A stretch of DNA of 64,000 bases from Mogibacterium sp. (lineage in GTDB: Bacteria; Bacillota; Clostridia; Peptostreptococcales; Anaerovoracaceae): NCBI GenBank assembly GCA_017432075.1, contig JAFRJV010000134.1:13173-77172 (forward strand), read 5' to 3'. The notes under the pieces are model-generated. The model was not told the DNA's origin. It did not search any database and was given only the letters and a program-made list of their open reading frames with translations. Position numbers and translations under genes: made by a program. Positions 8,827-18,787 of the stretch are shown here, in pieces (positions within the stretch are counted from its first letter, which is position 1; every line of letters starts with the position of its first letter).

Positions 8827-10353
8827 ATGCCGGACAATAATAACGAGAGAAAAATAAAGAGAGCCGAAAAGAGGGTACCGGGACCTAAAAAGATACACAG
8901 GATGAGCAAACAGGCGCTGCACCGGTGGATCAGGTTCTTTTCGATTGCCTCTGTTTTGCTTGCTGCGGCCTTTACGCTGGCGGTAATAATGGCATTCAAC
9001 CATTACAAGACTTATCCGGGAAAGGTCGAAAGGGACTCGTTGAGCTCACCGGGCAGGGGTTCCGACTTCATAGTTGTCAGCTGGGATGAGACTCACAGTA
9101 CCGATGTGTATAAGGTGTGGGTCAAGGAGCGTGCCCTTGTCAGGGAAGATATGGAAAAGGCCGAAAAAGAGGACGGGCAGGATGAAAACGCTCCGATCAC
9201 TCCCGATGGCAGCTGGCAGGAGTATGAGACGACCGTTCCCGAGATCACAGTCAAGGACCTGAAGGATGATACTTCGTATTCTTTCATCATCAGGGCAGAC
9301 AACGAGAAAAAGGAAGGGACGGCAACTCAGCCGAGAAGCTTCAAAACCAAGAAGACCCAGAAAATAAAGGTAAATAAAAAGATCACAAAGTTTACTTTTA
9401 GCAAGCCGTTTAAACTGGGATCCGCGCAGACCGATCTTATTTACGAGTCGAGTGATCCTGAAGTTGCAACGGTCAATCCGGAAACCAACGAGATCGAGAT
9501 CACCGGTGAAGGTGATGCGGAGATCAGGATCAGTGCAAAATCAACCCTGGAATTCGATGGAACAAGTAAGGTCGTAGAGCTGAAGGTCATCGATTCGACA
9601 CCTGTAAGTGCCGGAGGCGCCTCTCCGAATATCATTTACCATCTGGATTCAGATAACTGCGAGGTGGTAAAAAGGATCACCGGTGCCGACGGAGCGGTCG
9701 TGCCGCAGGGGCTGGGCTATTCCGGAGATAAGTACATCGTTTCATATGGAATGGGAAGCCCTAACCGTATCATCAGCTTTGATGTCGATGGAGACGGCAA
9801 GAAAGTAAGCGTGCCTACCATTTCCATGGGCCATCCGAACGGATTCACGTATGCAGACGAGAACGGACGCTGCTACTGCGTCAAGGGGTGGACATCAAAG
9901 GTCTACACCTATGAACCGACCTCAGATACCTACGGGACAGTCAACCTGTCGTACGGATGCTCGGGCATAGGCTATGACAGAAAGGAAAAACTTCTCTACA
10001 CGTGCTCGCGTACAGCGATGGTCGCATATGATATCAGCGACGGTTACAGCGTGAAATACAGGTGCGGTGTGGTCAGTCACGGCGGAAACGTGTACACTCA
10101 GGACTGCGGCGGCCATGCAGGTATCATGTTCAGATGCCTGTCGGGCAGCAATAAGCACGGCACTAACTATATCGACCTTTACGATATGAAGAAAGGCAGA
10201 TATCTGGGGACGTTCTCCTGCGACCTTTCAGAGGTCGAGAGCTGCATAGTCGATGACGACGGTTTTCTCGAGATACTGGCCAACAACTCAAGCAACGAGG
10301 ACTACATCTGGAAGACAGATCTTAATATCAACACCCTGGGTCAGGGATTATAG
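8827..10353 (+). CDS. Membrane-anchored surface protein: FN3-like and Big_2-like domains plus a conserved ~240-aa C-terminal domain of unknown function
   Basis: Start placed after the rpsR terminator (MPDNNN; an alternative ATG is at 8902). TM segment FFSIASVLLAAAFTLAVIMAF. FN3-like FIVVSWDE...YSFIIRA. Big_2-like YESSDPEVATVNPETNEIEITGEGDAEI. The C-terminal domain is shared with 11409-12767. Confidence 0.6.
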   Translation: MPDNNNERKIKRAEKRVPGPKKIHRMSKQALHRWIRFFSIASVLLAAAFTLAVIMAFNHYKTYPGKVERDSLSSPGRGSDFIVVSWDETHSTDVYKVWVKERALVREDMEKAEKEDGQDENAPITPDGSWQEYETTVPEITVKDLKDDTSYSFIIRADNEKKEGTATQPRSFKTKKTQKIKVNKKITKFTFSKPFKLGSAQTDLIYESSDPEVATVNPETNEIEITGEGDAEIRISAKSTLEFDGTSKVVELKVIDSTPVSAGGASPNIIYHLDSDNCEVVKRITGADGAVVPQGLGYSGDKYIVSYGMGSPNRIISFDVDGDGKKVSVPTISMGHPNGFTYADENGRCYCVKGWTSKVYTYEPTSDTYGTVNLSYGCSGIGYDRKEKLLYTCSRTAMVAYDISDGYSVKYRCGVVSHGGNVYTQDCGGHAGIMFRCLSGSNKHGTNYIDLYDMKKGRYLGTFSCDLSEVESCIVDDDGFLEILANNSSNEDYIWKTDLNINTLGQGL

Positions 10354-10363
10354 CACAATAAAA

Positions 10364-10399
10364 GAGCCATACAGATTTGTCTGTATGGCTCCCTTTTTT
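10364..10399. terminator. Bidirectional rho-independent terminator
   Basis: GAGCCATACAG-atttgt-CTGTATGGCTC followed by TTTTTT, between the convergent genes ending at 10353 (+) and 10401 (-). Confidence 0.75.
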
Positions 10400-10400
10400 C

Positions 10401-11327
10401 TTAACCTTTCCTGAGCTCGGCGATCTTCTGCCTTGCGGTTATGGCGAGGTAGAGGATCTCATTGGCCGGAGTCGGTATGCCGTGCTTCTTGCCGAGTCTT
10501 ACGACTTCACCGGCGTACTCGTCTATCTCTATAGGCCTGCCTGCTTCATAATCCTGAAGCATAGACATCTTCTTGTCAGGCGGGAAGTTTATGAGCATCT
10601 CGATTATCTCATCACGGTCGTCCTCTGTCAGATTGACACCTTCTGCCCACGCGATCTCGAGGATCTCATCCATCAGCATCTTCATCAGAGCTCTGACTTC
10701 CTCGACCTGTCCGAAGAATCCGCACTCTGCCTGAACTTCTACGGCTGTCTGGCTGGCGCCGGTATTGAGCATCCATTTGCGCCATTTTGCTCTGAGCATG
10801 TCATCATATATCCTGACGTTGATGCCGAGCTCCTTGAGTCTCTCGTATGCTTCGACAACTTCAGGCTCAGGGTCGCGGTTGTCGGCATATCCTATCTGCA
10901 TCTCGCCGAGAGTTCTGAAGTAGACCCTGCGGCTCATGCGGTGCGCATCTGTTCTGAGTACAACACCGTAGAAAGACCTGTTCTCAGGGAACTTTTCCCT
11001 GAGAAGTGTAGTGGTGGTGATGCCGTTCTCGATAGGGAGCAGGATGGTATCCGGATCTATGAGTGAACGGATATCTTCAATAACCGAATCCATGCTGTAA
11101 GTCTTTGCGGCAAGGATCAGAAGGTCGATGTGGATGTTCTGCGAAGGATCCGAGTAGACCTTCGGATAGAAGACTTCGTTGTTTACTGAGATTCCTTTCG
11201 TTCTGAGACGCTCGGCACGCTCACCTGTTGCGAGCAGGTAAACGTTCTCCGGATCTCTTTTATACATTTCATACATCAGTGCGCTTCCGACTGAACCGGC
11301 GCCCAGGATGCCTACTGTTTTTATCAT
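10401..11327 (-). CDS. panE: 2-dehydropantoate 2-reductase (ketopantoate reductase, ApbA/PanE family)
   Basis: Start set at MIKTVGILGAGSVGSALMY (Rossmann GxGxxG). The C-terminal PanE-like part reads SMLQDYEAGRPIEIDEYAGEVV. Confidence 0.8.
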   Translation of the reverse strand: MIKTVGILGAGSVGSALMYEMYKRDPENVYLLATGERAERLRTKGISVNNEVFYPKVYSDPSQNIHIDLLILAAKTYSMDSVIEDIRSLIDPDTILLPIENGITTTTLLREKFPENRSFYGVVLRTDAHRMSRRVYFRTLGEMQIGYADNRDPEPEVVEAYERLKELGINVRIYDDMLRAKWRKWMLNTGASQTAVEVQAECGFFGQVEEVRALMKMLMDEILEIAWAEGVNLTEDDRDEIIEMLINFPPDKKMSMLQDYEAGRPIEIDEYAGEVVRLGKKHGIPTPANEILYLAITARQKIAELRKG

Positions 11328-11408
11328 TACAGTACCTCTCTTAATAAAAATATGGTATCTGTCATAAGCATAACAGATACCATACCGCATTTTCTATACT
11401 TTAAAAAG

Positions 11409-12767
11409 TTATTTCAGTTCATTTACGTTGAGAGGAGTCTTCCAGACATAATCGGTGTTGCTGCCCATGGTATTGATGAGTATCCTCAGATATCCGTCAT
11501 TGCCGACGCAGGCACTTTCTATCTCTCCCAGAGTTACCTTTACCGAACCGAGATATGCGAAGTCTTCCGCTCTGTATATATCTATGAAGTTGGTCTTCTT
11601 TTTATTGGCGCCGCTTATGCAGTGGAAGATGAATCCGCCTCCGGCACCGCAGTCCTGAGTGTAGTGGAAAATGCCATGACTGCATCTCGGGAACAGCCTC
11701 CTGTGGGAGAAGGCTCCGTCAGCGCTGTAAGCCCTGATACCGCTGCGCGAGCTCGCGTAGATGGAATTGGTCGAATTGTCGTAGCCGGCTCCTGATGACG
11801 AGTACGGAGTTTTGGCTTTCCCGTACTTTCTTGTCGCAGGGTTCCAGGTGTATATCCTCCTGGTATTGCCTTTAAAAATGTAGCACAGTTTTGTGACAGG
11901 ATCCCAGGCGATGCCGTTAGGGTGTCCGATCCTGAATGAAAATTTGGATGCTCTCAGGCGTTTGCCGCTTGAGGAATATGTCACGATGCTCTGTCCGGCT
12001 GCCATTCCGTAAAGAATGTAGTATTCACTGCCGGTAAAAGCCATACCCTGAGGGACTTTAGCTTTTTTTGTTCCCTTTATTGAAAAGATCCTGCTGCAGT
12101 TGGAGGAATTGAACGTGCATACGACCCTTGCCTTGCCGCCTCCTGTCGGATTAGTGAGCAGAGCTTTTGCGAGGTCGGACTTTCCTTCGAGTTCCTTCGG
12201 GGTCTTCTTTATGAAGAGAGAATCACCGAGCTTAATATAATCCCCGCAAACGTATACGATCCTGCCTCCTATCAGTGTTCTGTACCAGTTCTCATTTTTA
12301 CCGGCGAATGATGCCGGCAGCTGAAGATACATCAGCGTGCCCATTGCCATGGTGCCGATTTTTTTGAAGTTCGTGGCCGGACCTGACCTGTAATTAAGAG
12401 CATCCGTGGCAACTGCGGCAGTGCTGCTGAAAGTGACGCTGTTTACGAAATCAGATCTGATATACCCGGAAACCTTGCCTGATGTTACATAATACCAGCG
12501 TGCTGTTGCTGCCAGGCTCTTTTCTGTAAAGATCTCCTTGTAGATCGTGAGCTTCGCGCCTTTCTTAAGTACAGCTACCGATGAAGCTGAGGTACTGACT
12601 GAATTTCTGAGATTGACGCCGTCATCACTTACCGTGCCGGATGCAGTTATCGCTGCAGCACTGGATGTGAATGCAGGGACGTTAAGGACCGGCAGGACAG
12701 TGAAGATCATTGCAGCCGCCAGTATGCAGGCAACTGCTTTTACTTTTAAATTGCTTTTCTTTTTCAT
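11409..12767 (-). CDS. Secreted protein: two SH3b-like domains plus the same C-terminal domain of unknown function as 8827-10353
   Basis: Start at MKKKSNLKVKAVACILAAAMIF (signal). SH3_3-like GVNLRNSVS...WYYVTSGKVSGYIRSDFV occurs twice. C-terminal motifs VPQG, GHPNG, YTQDCG, DYVWKTPLNVN are present. Confidence 0.65.
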   Translation of the reverse strand: MKKKSNLKVKAVACILAAAMIFTVLPVLNVPAFTSSAAAITASGTVSDDGVNLRNSVSTSASSVAVLKKGAKLTIYKEIFTEKSLAATARWYYVTSGKVSGYIRSDFVNSVTFSSTAAVATDALNYRSGPATNFKKIGTMAMGTLMYLQLPASFAGKNENWYRTLIGGRIVYVCGDYIKLGDSLFIKKTPKELEGKSDLAKALLTNPTGGGKARVVCTFNSSNCSRIFSIKGTKKAKVPQGMAFTGSEYYILYGMAAGQSIVTYSSSGKRLRASKFSFRIGHPNGIAWDPVTKLCYIFKGNTRRIYTWNPATRKYGKAKTPYSSSGAGYDNSTNSIYASSRSGIRAYSADGAFSHRRLFPRCSHGIFHYTQDCGAGGGFIFHCISGANKKKTNFIDIYRAEDFAYLGSVKVTLGEIESACVGNDGYLRILINTMGSNTDYVWKTPLNVNELK

Positions 12768-12987
12768 GATGCTCTCATCCTTTTTTAGATGCGAACCGAC
12801 CGGCCTGCACGTTCCTTGTGAAGCCGGTATGTGTCCATTGAAATTATAGAAAGCAGGACTCAAAGCTCTCAACAATTCTTTACAAACAAAAACCTTTATA
12901 TTTAGTAAGGCAAAAAAGCCTCAAAGCCTTGAGGTTTCGCAATTAGAACACAAAAAACGGGCTGCGAGGATATATAATATTAACGTT

Positions 12988-13440
12988 ATGAATATGTGGG
13001 ATATTATTTATACATTTACAACATGGGTAGCGAGGGTACACGAGCACGTCCTTCAGATCAATGATGCAGGCGGCTGGTACTTCGACGACAAGCAGCTGCA
13101 CTTCATCGTATTCGGACTATTCGGTATGGCTCTTATCTTTGTGCTGTACCCGCTGTTCAAATTCCTTGCAAAGCGTGATCACACAATGGTGATCACCTGG
13201 CTTTACGTGTTCACGGTGATAATAGTACTGGCTTTCGCAATAGAGGTAGGACAGTGGTACACAGGTACCGGTGTCATGGAGAGCCAGGACATCGCTTACG
13301 GCATCACCGGCTTTCTTGCCATGTTCCTTATTTTTGCCATACTGCGCGGTCTTTACCACGGCATAAAGGCGATGTTATATAAGGACAACAGAAAGACCAG
13401 AGTCTACTCAAGGGACGAACTTAACCTCGACGACAAGTAG
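12988..13440 (+). CDS. Small integral membrane protein (about 4 TM), function unknown
   Basis: 150-aa ORF with four hydrophobic segments, lying immediately upstream of purE (17-nt gap). Confidence 0.5.
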   Translation: MNMWDIIYTFTTWVARVHEHVLQINDAGGWYFDDKQLHFIVFGLFGMALIFVLYPLFKFLAKRDHTMVITWLYVFTVIIVLAFAIEVGQWYTGTGVMESQDIAYGITGFLAMFLIFAILRGLYHGIKAMLYKDNRKTRVYSRDELNLDDK

Positions 13441-13457
13441 TATAAACGGGAGGAACG

Positions 13458-13946
13458 ATGAAAAAGGTCGGACTGATCATGGGAAGCGACAGCGATCTGC
13501 CTGTAGTGCAGAAAGCAGCCGCTGTTCTTAAAGAGCTTGGGATCCCTTATGAAGCGCACGTGTATTCGGCGCACCGCACGCCTGCTGAGGCAAGATCATG
13601 GTCGCTGGCGGCAAGGGATGAAGGCTTTGGCGTCATTATAGCCTTCGCCGGCATGGCAGCTCACCTGGCAGGAGCGATCGCTGCAAACACTACGCTCCCG
13701 GTTATCGGAGTGCCATGCAGGAGCGCTGCGCTTGACGGCATGGACGCTCTTTTATCGACCGTGATGATGCCGAGCGGTATCCCGGTCGCAACTGTCGCGA
13801 TCGACGGAGGCAAAAACGCAGCGCTCCTTGCCGCCGAGATACTGGCGCTTTCAGATGAAGAACTTGCTCAGGCACTCATCGCGCGCCGCGAAGCAGAGTC
13901 GGAGGCGGTTCTCAAAAAGGACCGGGGAATCGCGGACCGCATTTAA
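13458..13946 (+). CDS. purE: N5-carboxyaminoimidazole ribonucleotide mutase (class I PurE-like)
   Basis: [14 protein letters not shown] and AGMAAHLAG motifs; 162 aa. Confidence 0.9.
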   Translation: MKKVGLIMGSDSDLPVVQKAAAVLKELGIPYEAHVYSAHRTPAEARSWSLAARDEGFGVIIAFAGMAAHLAGAIAANTTLPVIGVPCRSAALDGMDALLSTVMMPSGIPVATVAIDGGKNAALLAAEILALSDEELAQALIARREAESEAVLKKDRGIADRI

Positions 13947-14077
13947 TTTTTGATAAAAGGGAGTCTTTAAAATGCAGCGGCCGGAGACTCCGCTGCGTAT
14001 AGCCGCGGCGAGGCGCGAGCCGTGCTCCGGACGATGGATTTTAAAGGCACATGTTATAAGTATTAAGGAGGACTAAG

Positions 14078-14758
14078 ATGAAACTGGTTTACACAGGAAA
14101 GACCAAGAATGTATTTGAACTCGAGAACGGCAACTATCTTCTGAAGTTCAAGGATGACGTTACCGGCAAGGACGGCAAGTTTGATCCGGGCGAAAACCAG
14201 ATCGGGCTGACCATCGAGGGAGTCGGAGATATCAATCTTCAGATGACAGATTACTATTTCAATAAGATCAACGAAGCAGGCATCAGAACACACTATGTAA
14301 AGGCCAACTTCGATGACACTACAATGGAAGTAAAGCCGGCAAAGGTCTTCGGACACGGACTCGAGGTCATCTGCAGACTCAAGGCTGTCGGCAGCTTCAT
14401 CAAGAGATACGGCGAATACGTTGAGCCGGGAACAGATCTCCCTTACTATGTAGAAACTACATTCAAGAACGACGCACTCGGTGATCCGCTGGTCACAAAG
14501 GACGGCCTCGTAGTTCTCGGTGTCATGACTGAGGAACAGTATGACGACCTCAGAGACATGACTCAGAAGATCACAAAGATCGTTGCTGATGACATGAAAG
14601 AAAAGGGACTCGACCTTTACGATATCAAGTTTGAATTCGGATATGATGCAGACGGAAAGGTCATGCTGATCGATGAGATCGCATCGGGCAACATGCGCGT
14701 ATACAAGGACGGCGAGTACATCGAGCCGCTCAAGCTTAACGAACTCTTCTTCGCGTAA
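14078..14758 (+). CDS. purC: SAICAR synthetase
   Basis: [14 protein letters not shown]...DIKFEFG, a short-form PurC with AAGGAGG upstream. Confidence 0.9.
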   Translation: MKLVYTGKTKNVFELENGNYLLKFKDDVTGKDGKFDPGENQIGLTIEGVGDINLQMTDYYFNKINEAGIRTHYVKANFDDTTMEVKPAKVFGHGLEVICRLKAVGSFIKRYGEYVEPGTDLPYYVETTFKNDALGDPLVTKDGLVVLGVMTEEQYDDLRDMTQKITKIVADDMKEKGLDLYDIKFEFGYDADGKVMLIDEIASGNMRVYKDGEYIEPLKLNELFFA

Positions 14759-14776
14759 ACCGAAAGGACAGGTGAC

Positions 14777-16207
14777 ATGGGCGGATTTTTCGGCATCACC
14801 TCCGTCGACAACTGCATACTTGACGTCTATTTCGGCGTAGATTACCATTCCCACCTCGGCACCCGCCGGGGCGGTTTGGCCTCATATGATAAAGAGCGGG
14901 GCTTCCAGCGCGAGATCCATAATATCGAAAACGCGCCTTTCCGGACGAAATTTGAGGGTATTGTCAGCAAGATGAAAGGCAATGCGGCGATCGGCTGCAT
15001 AAGCGACATGGATCCTCAGCCGCTGCTCTTCCGCAGCGCTGCAGGTGTATATGCGATCTGCACCGTGGGCATAATCAATAATGTCGACGAGATCGCGGAT
15101 ATCGTGCTCAAGGGATCGCATGGACATCTCGAGGCCATGACAGGCGGAAGGATCAACCAGACCGAGCTCGCAGCGGCACTCATCTCTGAGAAGGATGATC
15201 TTGTAGAGGGCATCAGGTACGCACAGGAGACGATCGACGGTTCGGCAACGATACTTGTGCTCAAAGAGGGCGGCAGCATAATCGCTGCCCGGGATCTCAA
15301 GGGAAGGCTTCCTATGAGCATCGCGGTGGGCGAAGGCGCTTCAGCAGTAAGCTTCGAATCCTTTGCTCTCCACAAAGCCGGATTTGAGGAAACAAGGGAC
15401 CTCGGTCCGGGAGAGATAGTAGAACTCACACCGGGCAGCTGCAGACAGCTTATGGCTCCCGGAGATGAAATGAAGATCTGCGCTTTTCTCTGGAGCTATT
15501 ACGGATACCCGACCACGACTTACGAGGGCGTGAACGTAGAGGTCATGCGCTACAGGAACGGACGCATAATGGCCAGAAATGACAAGGCGAACAGCTTTGA
15601 CACATCGCAGGTCGACTATGTCGGCGGAGTTCCCGACAGCGGAACCCCGCACGCGATCGGTTATTCAAACGAGACGCATCTGCCTTTTGCGAGGGCATTC
15701 ATAAAATACACGCCTACATGGGCACGAAGCTTCATGCCGACTACACAGGCGGAGCGCAACAAGGTCGCAAAGATGAAGCAGATCCCGGTGACCGAGCTCA
15801 TCAAGGGAAAGAACCTTCTCTTCGTGGATGACTCCATCGTCCGCGGCACACAGCTTCGTGAGACCGTAGAGTTCCTCTACGACAACGGCGCGAAGGCGGT
15901 CCATATGAGATCTGCCTGCCCGCCTATCATGTACGCGTGCAAGTATCTCAACTTCTCGCGAAACAGGAGCGACATGGATCTCCTCTCGAGGAGGATAATC
16001 GTTGAGATCGAAGGGGAAGAAGGACTCAAGCATCTTGACGAGTATTCGGATGCAAACACCGAACGCGGACGCAGGATGCGCGAGGTCATCGCCGAGAAGA
16101 TGGGCTTCGAAACACTGGAGTTCCAGACACTCGACGGTGTCGTTGAGGCGATAGGGCTTCCATCGTGCAAGCTCTGCAAATATTGCTGGACAGGTAAGGA
16201 CGACTAG
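14777..16207 (+). CDS. purF: Amidophosphoribosyltransferase-like protein lacking the N-terminal Cys nucleophile
   Basis: PRTase motif LLFVDDSIVRGTQ. Cys residues sit where Bacillus-type [4Fe-4S] ligands are expected. The N-terminus reads MGGFFGI instead of (M)CG(I/V)(V/F)GI, and an in-frame TAA lies 21 nt upstream. Confidence 0.8.
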   Translation: MGGFFGITSVDNCILDVYFGVDYHSHLGTRRGGLASYDKERGFQREIHNIENAPFRTKFEGIVSKMKGNAAIGCISDMDPQPLLFRSAAGVYAICTVGIINNVDEIADIVLKGSHGHLEAMTGGRINQTELAAALISEKDDLVEGIRYAQETIDGSATILVLKEGGSIIAARDLKGRLPMSIAVGEGASAVSFESFALHKAGFEETRDLGPGEIVELTPGSCRQLMAPGDEMKICAFLWSYYGYPTTTYEGVNVEVMRYRNGRIMARNDKANSFDTSQVDYVGGVPDSGTPHAIGYSNETHLPFARAFIKYTPTWARSFMPTTQAERNKVAKMKQIPVTELIKGKNLLFVDDSIVRGTQLRETVEFLYDNGAKAVHMRSACPPIMYACKYLNFSRNRSDMDLLSRRIIVEIEGEEGLKHLDEYSDANTERGRRMREVIAEKMGFETLEFQTLDGVVEAIGLPSCKLCKYCWTGKDD

Positions 16208-16249
16208 AGAGACAGGCAGTGCAGGAGCAGACAGAACAGAAGGTGTTCA

Positions 16250-17311
16250 ATGATTACGAATTCATCATCAAACAGTTACAAAGCGGCAGGAGTCGACATC
16301 ACGGCGGGATACAAGGCGGTGGAGCTCATGAAGAAGCACATCGCGAGGACTACAGTCCCGGGCGTGATGGGTCAGGTCGGCGGTTTCGGCGGCCTGTTCG
16401 AGCTTGATCTTGAAGGCATAAGCAAACCTGTACTGGTGAGCGGCACGGATGGTGTCGGCACCAAACTGAAGCTCGCATTCATGCTTGACAAGCACGATAC
16501 CATCGGCATCGACTGCGTGGCAATGTGCGTCAACGACGTCATCTGCGTGGGAGCAAAACCGCTGTATTTTCTCGACTATATAGCATGCGGCAAAAACTAC
16601 CCGGAAAAGATCGAGCAGATCGTGGCGGGAATATGCGAAGGCTGCGTTCAGTCCGGAGCCGCACTCATCGGCGGTGAGACTGCCGAGATGCCGGGATTCT
16701 ATCCTGTGAATGAATACGACCTGGCAGGATACTGCACGGGCATCGTAGACAAAGACAAGATCATAGACAACAGCCGCATGGCTGAGGGAGACATCATCAT
16801 CGCTCTTCCGTCAAGCGGCGTTCATTCGAACGGATTCTCGCTGGTACGCAGGGTATTTGCACTCGACAAGCCTGATCTCATGGCGATGAAGGCCGGCAAC
16901 ACCGAGCTCGAAGGAAGATCTCTCGGAGATGTGCTGCTCGAGCCTACAAAGATCTATGTCAAGCCTATCCTTGCGCTCATCGACAGACTCGGAGCTGAAA
17001 GGATCAAAGGCATCTCACACATAACGGGCGGCGGCTTCTACGAGAACATTCCGAGGTCGATCCCGGCCGGACTGACGGCAAGGATCGCCCGCAAGGCCAT
17101 CAGAGTGCTGCCTATTTTCGACCTCATCGCAAAGGTCGGAGTCATCAGCGATCACGACATGTTCAACACTTTCAACATGGGCGTTGGCATGACAGTGATA
17201 GTATCGCGCGAGGATGCACCAACAGCGCTGAATGTGCTGAGAGAGAACGGTGAGGACGCTTATGTGATAGGCGTTATCGCACGCGGATCCGAGAAGATTA
17301 CGATAGAATAA
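16250..17311 (+). CDS. purM: AIR synthetase
   Basis: [19 protein letters not shown] and GTDGVGTKL motifs; 353 aa. Confidence 0.9.
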   Translation: MITNSSSNSYKAAGVDITAGYKAVELMKKHIARTTVPGVMGQVGGFGGLFELDLEGISKPVLVSGTDGVGTKLKLAFMLDKHDTIGIDCVAMCVNDVICVGAKPLYFLDYIACGKNYPEKIEQIVAGICEGCVQSGAALIGGETAEMPGFYPVNEYDLAGYCTGIVDKDKIIDNSRMAEGDIIIALPSSGVHSNGFSLVRRVFALDKPDLMAMKAGNTELEGRSLGDVLLEPTKIYVKPILALIDRLGAERIKGISHITGGGFYENIPRSIPAGLTARIARKAIRVLPIFDLIAKVGVISDHDMFNTFNMGVGMTVIVSREDAPTALNVLRENGEDAYVIGVIARGSEKITIE

Positions 17312-17394
17312 AATATATTTTTCTCTGCTACTGTATTATAATAGTTTCAGAGAAACAGCGGCGTTGCCGTAACTAACTTTTCGAGGGATTAGAC

Positions 17395-18018
17395 ATGACA
17401 GATAAAGCAAGGATCGCTGTAATGGTCAGCGGTACAGGAACCAATCTGCAGGCCCTTATAGATGCCCAGAGTTCGGGCCTCATCGAAAAGGGCGAGATCG
17501 TGCTCGTCATCTCCAACAGAGAAGACGCGTACGCTCTTGAGCGCGCGCGTAAAAATGGTATCGAGTCCTTTGTCATTACGCGCAAGGCAAGCGGCGGACA
17601 GGCGGGATTTGAGGAAGCGTGCTGCGAGATCATCGATTCCAGGAACATAGATCTCATAGTGCTCGCCGGATTCCTTATGATACTCAGCAAGGACTTCGTG
17701 ACGCGCTACGACCATAAGATCATAAACATACATCCGTCACTAATTCCGTCGTTCTGCGGAGACGGATTCTATGGGCTGAAGCCTCATATCGCTGCGCTCG
17801 AAAGAGGCGTAAAGGTAACGGGCGCTACCGTTCATTATGTGAACGAGATCGCTGACGGCGGCGAGATAATCGCGCAGAAAGCGGTCAGTGTAGAAGAAGG
17901 CGATACGCCTGAGATACTCCAGAGGCGTGTTATGGAACAGGCCGAGTGGCTTATTCTGCCGGTAGCGGTGGCAAAGATCTGCCGCAAGATTGTAAAGGAG
18001 AGACATGGACACTTATAA
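17395..18018 (+). CDS. purN: GAR formyltransferase
   Basis: IAVMVSGTGTNLQALID, INIHPSLIPSFCG and HYV...DGGEII motifs. Confidence 0.9.
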   Translation: MTDKARIAVMVSGTGTNLQALIDAQSSGLIEKGEIVLVISNREDAYALERARKNGIESFVITRKASGGQAGFEEACCEIIDSRNIDLIVLAGFLMILSKDFVTRYDHKIINIHPSLIPSFCGDGFYGLKPHIAALERGVKVTGATVHYVNEIADGGEIIAQKAVSVEEGDTPEILQRRVMEQAEWLILPVAVAKICRKIVKERHGHL

Positions 18019-18724
18019 AGTCAGGAAATTCGGTGATGCGGTAGAGGGAAACAGATATCCCGGCCGCGGCATCGTGGTCGGACAGTCCTGCGATGGCACC
18101 AAAGCTGTCATCGCATATTTTATTATGGGACGGTCTGAGAATTCGAGAAACCGTGTATTCGTTGAAAGGGACGGAGCTGTTTTCACTGAGCCGTTCGACA
18201 TTTCGAAGCTCGAGGATCCGAGCCTCATAATATATGCGGCGGTCAGAACATACGATAACCATCTGATAGTCACGAACGGCGATCAGACAGACACCATATA
18301 CGACGGTCTTGCTGAGGGCAAGTCGTTCTATGAGGCGCTTGAGACGAGGTGTTTTGAGCCTGATGCTCCGAACTTCACCCCTCGCATCAGCGCGGAGGCG
18401 GTATTCGGCGACGGGACTTTCAGATACAGGATGAGCATACTCAAGAGTGCCGATGCAGAGGGAAGCGCATGCAACCGCTTCGGATATGACTATGCTCCTG
18501 TAGCGGGTGTGGGACACTTCATCCATACTTACGAGCACGACGGCAATCCGCTCCCTACATTCCGCGGCGAGCCTGAACGCGTGGAGATCCTTGATGACAT
18601 AGACGCGTTCACTGAAGAGATCTGGAACGCGCTGGATGAAGACAACAGGATCTCGCTGTACGTGAGATACACGGATGTTTCAAGCGGAAAAACAGAATGC
18701 CGGCTTATAAATAAACATTGCTAG
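18005..18724 (+). CDS. IMP cyclohydrolase, PurO-like (stand-alone)
   Basis: 239-aa ORF, NRYPGRGIVVG...VIAYFIMGRSENSRNR, lying between purN and the AICARFT gene. It overlaps purN by 14 nt. Confidence 0.65.
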   Translation: MDTYKVRKFGDAVEGNRYPGRGIVVGQSCDGTKAVIAYFIMGRSENSRNRVFVERDGAVFTEPFDISKLEDPSLIIYAAVRTYDNHLIVTNGDQTDTIYDGLAEGKSFYEALETRCFEPDAPNFTPRISAEAVFGDGTFRYRMSILKSADAEGSACNRFGYDYAPVAGVGHFIHTYEHDGNPLPTFRGEPERVEILDDIDAFTEEIWNALDEDNRISLYVRYTDVSSGKTECRLINKHC

Positions 18725-18787
18725 TTACACAGGCGGCCGGGACGAATATGTTTCCGGCGACAGCCTGCGCCATTAGGAGAATATGGA

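Noticed and set aside
12768-14077. A purine (guanine/adenine) or ZTP riboswitch controlling the pur operon, including the 131-nt purE-purC spacer
   Set aside because: I could not find the conserved purine-riboswitch core or the pfl/ZTP motif elements. The purE-purC spacer has GC-rich alternative or pseudoknot-like pairings (GGAGTCT/AGACTCC and GCAGCGG/CCGCTGC) but matches nothing I can name. A covariance-model scan would be needed.
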